Shown here: positions 17,691 through 21,153 of the stretch, in pieces
How the letters are laid out: each line of letters opens with the position of its first letter
Numbering within the stretch: position 1 is the first letter of the stretch
NCBI GenBank assembly: GCA_963675745.2
Contig: CAXXWX010000009.1
Coordinates: forward strand, 1-21,153
From: Phycisphaerae bacterium
GTDB lineage: Bacteria; Planctomycetota; Phycisphaerae; UBA1845; Fen-1342
DNA: 21,153 bases
Direction of reading: 5' to 3'
Notes under the pieces: generated by a model
Told to the model about the DNA's origin: nothing
Databases searched by the model: none
What the model saw: the letters and a program-made list of their open reading frames with translations, nothing else
Position numbers and translations under genes: made by a program

Positions 17691-19256
17691 TCAGCTACCC
17701 AGCAACACGACGAACGGATCGATGTCGCCGTTGTTGACAAAGCCGTCGTCGTTCACGTCGCCGTTGTTGTAATTGCAATCGGGGAAGGCGGCGTTGTAGG
17801 CCGCCTCGTCGGTGATTGCGAGCACGAACGCGTCGATGTCGCCGTTATTGACGAAGCCGTCGCAGTTCATGTCCCCGGTGGGGTCCGTTGCCGGTTCGAC
17901 GAACGTGCCGGAGCCGAAATTCACGTCAAACTCGGAGCACCAGACAGAGACCGCGTTCCATCCATCGAGCGTCTCGCCGGGTGGCAACTCGACGAACAGC
18001 GTCTCGTTGTTATAGGCGCGGGTCAACCTGGGCGTCGTTTCGAGCCCGCTGGCGAAGGCCGCGGGCGTGTCCTCCGTGCCGAGGTAGAAGTAGACCGACG
18101 GTGCGGTTCCGTCATAGCTGAAGTTGTCCACCTGCAACGAGTTCTCGTCGAGGATCGTCACCGTGCCGGTAACGCCATGGAAGATCGTCGAAAGCGACGC
18201 CGTCCAGCCGGCCCGCGCATAGGGCGCGGCGGTGATTACGCCGGCCGGCGTGGCGGCAATGCCGACCGTGCCGTCGGCGCGACCGTACGCGAACCGGCTC
18301 GCATCCGGCGCGAAGCGAACAGCCGTGAGCGCGGGCTCACCGGCCGCGATGCCGTTCAGCAGTGTGCCGTCGGCAACATCCCAGAAGCGGATGTAGCGCT
18401 CATATGAGGAATTGCTGCTTGCCGAGACCAGGACAGCACCGTCAGCGCTGAACGCAATTGACGAGATATAGACGTCATCGGCCGCGAGGCCACGCAGCAG
18501 TGTGCCGTCGGTGATGTCCCACAGCTTGATGTTGTTTACGCCGCCGGAGATACCCTGTCCCGCCGTTGCCAGAATCTCTCCGTCGGGAGAGAAAGCGAGC
18601 GCGCGAACCGGCCCGCCGTGGTCGAGCGTCCGGATGAGCGTCTCACCCGCCACGTCCCAGACATCGACATACCCGTCGTATTCACCGGTGACGACGATAT
18701 CGCCGGCGGGGGCGATCGTCGCAGCGGTCACATAGGTCCCCGTGCTGATGTCGGCCAGCATGGTTGCGTCGCTGACCTGGTGGACCAGCGCGTCGCGATT
18801 GATGCCGTAGCCGGCCGAGACGAGCCGCGCGCCGTCAGCCGAGAACCCGACGTACCCGCCCTGGAAGGTGTTGACCAGCGACTCTGTCACCAGGTTCCAG
18901 ACATTGACGCGTCCGTTGTGGATGGTGTAGCCGCCGGAGGTTGCCAGGTCGTCGAAGCCGACAGCGAGGCGCTCGCCATCGGCCGAGAACGCCACCGACA
19001 ACACGCCGTCGTCGTGGCCCGGAAACGCCAGCACCGCCGCACCACTCGTCGCATCCCAAACGCGCAGCAGTGGATCGTTATCAGCGCCGGATGCCAGGCG
19101 CGTTCCATCAGCGGAGAACGCAACCGTGGTCGTACTCGACGCGTGCGCGGCCGACTCCCACAGTGTATCGGGAATCGCGGCGCCGACCGGGCTGGTGGTC
19201 CAGATGATCGTCAGCGACGCGGCAATGAGCAGTCTTGATTGAAGGGTTGACTTCAT
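17691..19256 (-). CDS. Secreted WD40-repeat + DM13 + dockerin-like protein
   Basis: Signal peptide; about seven WD40 blades (AFSADG...VWD); DM13 at ~17901-18206 (HGVTGTVTILD..NFSYDGTAPSVYFYLG..LPPGETL..VSVWCSEFDVNFG); dockerin at 17694-17876. Start ATG 19256 with AGGAGG RBS. Confidence 0.88.
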   Translation of the reverse strand: MKSTLQSRLLIAASLTIIWTTSPVGAAIPDTLWESAAHASSTTTVAFSADGTRLASGADNDPLLRVWDATSGAAVLAFPGHDDGVLSVAFSADGERLAVGFDDLATSGGYTIHNGRVNVWNLVTESLVNTFQGGYVGFSADGARLVSAGYGINRDALVHQVSDATMLADISTGTYVTAATIAPAGDIVVTGEYDGYVDVWDVAGETLIRTLDHGGPVRALAFSPDGEILATAGQGISGGVNNIKLWDITDGTLLRGLAADDVYISSIAFSADGAVLVSASSNSSYERYIRFWDVADGTLLNGIAAGEPALTAVRFAPDASRFAYGRADGTVGIAATPAGVITAAPYARAGWTASLSTIFHGVTGTVTILDENSLQVDNFSYDGTAPSVYFYLGTEDTPAAFASGLETTPRLTRAYNNETLFVELPPGETLDGWNAVSVWCSEFDVNFGSGTFVEPATDPTGDMNCDGFVNNGDIDAFVLAITDEAAYNAAFPDCNYNNGDVNDDGFVNNGDIDPFVVLLGS

Positions 19257-19395
19257 CGGTATTCCTCCTGAGGAAAGCCCGCGGCACGTGTAAACCAGAT
19301 CAACACGCGGCGGGTTTGTCACAACACGTACATGTCCACCTGCGGCGCGGCCGGCGCCCCGCATGAGCGCCGATCCGCGCCAATTACAGTCTCAG

Positions 19396-20127
19396 CTAGC
19401 GAATGCGACGCAATCCAAACAGTGCGGCGAGCGCGAGCAACGCGGCGCTGGCCGGCTCGGGTGTAATCGTGATCAGCGCCACGGCGCCGCCGGTCCAGTC
19501 GCGATCGATCGGGATGTTGCCGCCGCCGGTGATGCCGGCGTGCGGGCGCAAGATCGTGCCGAACTGATCAACACTGCCGGCGCCCCCGAGTGCCGGGACA
19601 TTTGCGGCGAGCTCATCGTTCAACTCGGTCCCGGCGTCCCATACGTCGTCGGGCATCAGCGTGACTGCGCCGTTAAACGCCGAGCCGCCCGGGAAGAGGT
19701 CAATCATGCCATCGCCGGACGTGCCGCCGATGAACGCGTCATTGCTGAACGCAAGCATGCTGGCGAAGGTGAGGCGACTGTGGGCCGGGTCGGCGTCGAT
19801 CGAGACCGAAGCCGATCCGCCCGGACCAATCGGCGCCCCGCCGGCCACGCCATAGTCGGCGACCGCGCCGCCCAAGTCCGCGGCGGCCAGCCCTTCAACG
19901 CCTCCGGTCATGCCGTCTTCGGCCAGCGCCTCCAGCTCCGGCGACGCCGGTCCACCGGCGTCGAACAGGTCGAACCCGCCGTCGTGACTGATGAACACCG
20001 CCGGCGTCAGCACGTTCTGGCTGAGGTTTTCGATCGTGATGTTGAATGTCTCGGCGAGCGCTGCGGTCGAGCCGACCAACAACCCCAATCCCACCGCGAC
20101 TGCGTGAATCAATCCTTTACGCTTCAT
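19396..20127 (-). CDS. Spondin_N-domain PEP-CTERM surface protein
   Basis: Signal peptide (..TAALA); motifs TPAVFISH, GGPASPELEALAEDG, SMLAFSNDAFIG and WDAGTELNDE; C-terminal PEPASAALLALAALFGLRRIR (19396-19461). Start ATG 20127 with AAGGAG RBS. Confidence 0.88.
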   Translation of the reverse strand: MKRKGLIHAVAVGLGLLVGSTAALAETFNITIENLSQNVLTPAVFISHDGGFDLFDAGGPASPELEALAEDGMTGGVEGLAAADLGGAVADYGVAGGAPIGPGGSASVSIDADPAHSRLTFASMLAFSNDAFIGGTSGDGMIDLFPGGSAFNGAVTLMPDDVWDAGTELNDELAANVPALGGAGSVDQFGTILRPHAGITGGGNIPIDRDWTGGAVALITITPEPASAALLALAALFGLRRIR

Positions 20128-20349
20128 CGTACCGAACTCCTTTCTTATCAATCGCAGACTCAGACCCGCCCACCGAGCGCGCACCGCCTCCGTGGCGCGT
20201 TTGCCGCGCGTCAATCGAAAGGTCATCCGCTGCGTTAGCTAATCCGGTCCAGCGCGGCCCGACCGCGTGAACCTGCCATCGTGGGCGGCACCGCCGCCCG
20301 TTCCCTCCCCCGATCTCACACTGCCACTGGTGACATGGCCACCAGGGCC

Positions 20350-20919
20350 TTACCGCTCAGCGGCCAACACTCGCCAGACGGCGTCCACTGCCTCGTCAAC
20401 GTACTGCTGCGCCGGGCCCGCGAGCACACCATCGTTGATCAGCCGAGGTACGTTCAACATGATGCCCGTAAAGTGGCTCAGGGCCACCTCGGGCTTGAGT
20501 TCGCGCAGCTCGCCGCGCGCGGCGGATTCGCGAAACAGCTCCATGAACAACCGACCCTGGCTCAACGCCGCTTCCCGTTCCGCCTCCGGCGGGTCATGGG
20601 GTGTCAGCAGGACATAAGTGAAGGCCTCCGGCTGCCGGTCGTAGTAGTCATAGGTCAGCCGCACCCACTCGTGCACGCGTTGGCGAAACGGCCAGTCTAC
20701 TTCGAGCAGGTGGCGTTTGGCGGCGGCCATCTCCTCGACGATCGTGGCATAGGCGTGCCAGATCAGGGCGTCTTTGCTCTCGTAGTGTCGATAGACAGCC
20801 CCTTCGGTGACCCCGACCTGGCGTGCGATCGCCCGCACGGTCGCGGCGCCGACACCGCCGTTGGCCACCAGGCTGACGGTGGCATCCATGATCGCCTGTT
20901 TGGTGTTCTTTGTTTGCAT
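20350..20919 (-). CDS. TetR/AcrR-family transcriptional regulator
   Basis: N-terminal HTH ATVRAIARQVGVTEGAVYRHYESKDAL; 189 aa. Confidence 0.95.
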   Translation of the reverse strand: MQTKNTKQAIMDATVSLVANGGVGAATVRAIARQVGVTEGAVYRHYESKDALIWHAYATIVEEMAAAKRHLLEVDWPFRQRVHEWVRLTYDYYDRQPEAFTYVLLTPHDPPEAEREAALSQGRLFMELFRESAARGELRELKPEVALSHFTGIMLNVPRLINDGVLAGPAQQYVDEAVDAVWRVLAAER

Positions 20920-20927
20920 GATGCTCG

Positions 20928-20969
20928 ATTGTAGGGGTGTCGGGAGCCGAGTGAAGTAAACGTTTACTT
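20928..20969 (-). promoter_or_regulatory. tetR promoter with an overlapping perfect 16-bp palindrome (candidate operator)
   Basis: Minus strand TTCACT (20950-20955)-N16-TACAAT (20928-20933). The palindrome AAGTAAACGTTTACTT at 20954-20969 overlaps the -35. Confidence 0.6.
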
Positions 20970-21153
20970 ATCTCGACAATTTAGTCCGCCGCGACCGCCG
21001 GGCTAAAACGGCGACGCGCGCAACTGTCTATATATAAACAATTTATGCGCCATAGCGACAGCCAGTATCGCCCTTGCGCCTGCCCTAGTCATTTTCCCAC
21101 CTTGATTTCGCAGCCCCGCCAGGCCTACCCCTCCCCGGAGACGCGTACCAGGC

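Noticed and set aside
20128..20349. Riboswitch (c-di-GMP-I or cobalamin) or sigma54 promoter upstream of the PEP-CTERM gene
   Set aside because: GGCAAAC and GGGTCTGAG fragments occur, but the GAAA tetraloop/GACGCAAA core is missing. TGGCAG...GC has GG-N9-GC spacing rather than N10. An Rfam search would settle it.
17616..20934. Plus-strand ORFs of 206-291 aa opposite the WD40, spondin and tetR genes
   Set aside because: Antisense to well-supported genes, with no recognisable domains.

Overview
A GC-rich bacterial chromosomal window, most consistent with Planctomycetota (Phycisphaerae-like). That assignment is an inference from the Cys-containing planctomycete-type dockerin tails, the PEP-CTERM protein and the insert-bearing Lgt. 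About 16 credible CDSs: lgt(-), panC(-), a divergent pdxJ-lpxA-glycerate kinase-hypothetical run (+), a secreted dockerin-tailed protein, a PhzF-family isomerase, a GT4+GT2 fusion glycosyltransferase with a 4x35-aa Trp-rich coiled-coil tail, MscS, a FixJ/FixL-like two-component pair, a stand-alone P5C dehydrogenase, and a co-oriented tetR / Spondin_N-PEP-CTERM / WD40-DM13-dockerin cluster. I saw no rRNA, tRNA, CRISPR array or mobile element. The most promising leads are (i) the tetR-linked pair of surface proteins carrying domains best known from animal extracellular proteins (Spondin_N, Skeletor-type DM13), with two different C-terminal anchors, (ii) PEP-like remnants just before both dockerin tails, hinting at anchor swapping, and (iii) a glycosyltransferase with a modular, ruler-like coiled coil. 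All family calls come from motif recognition by eye; no searches were run.
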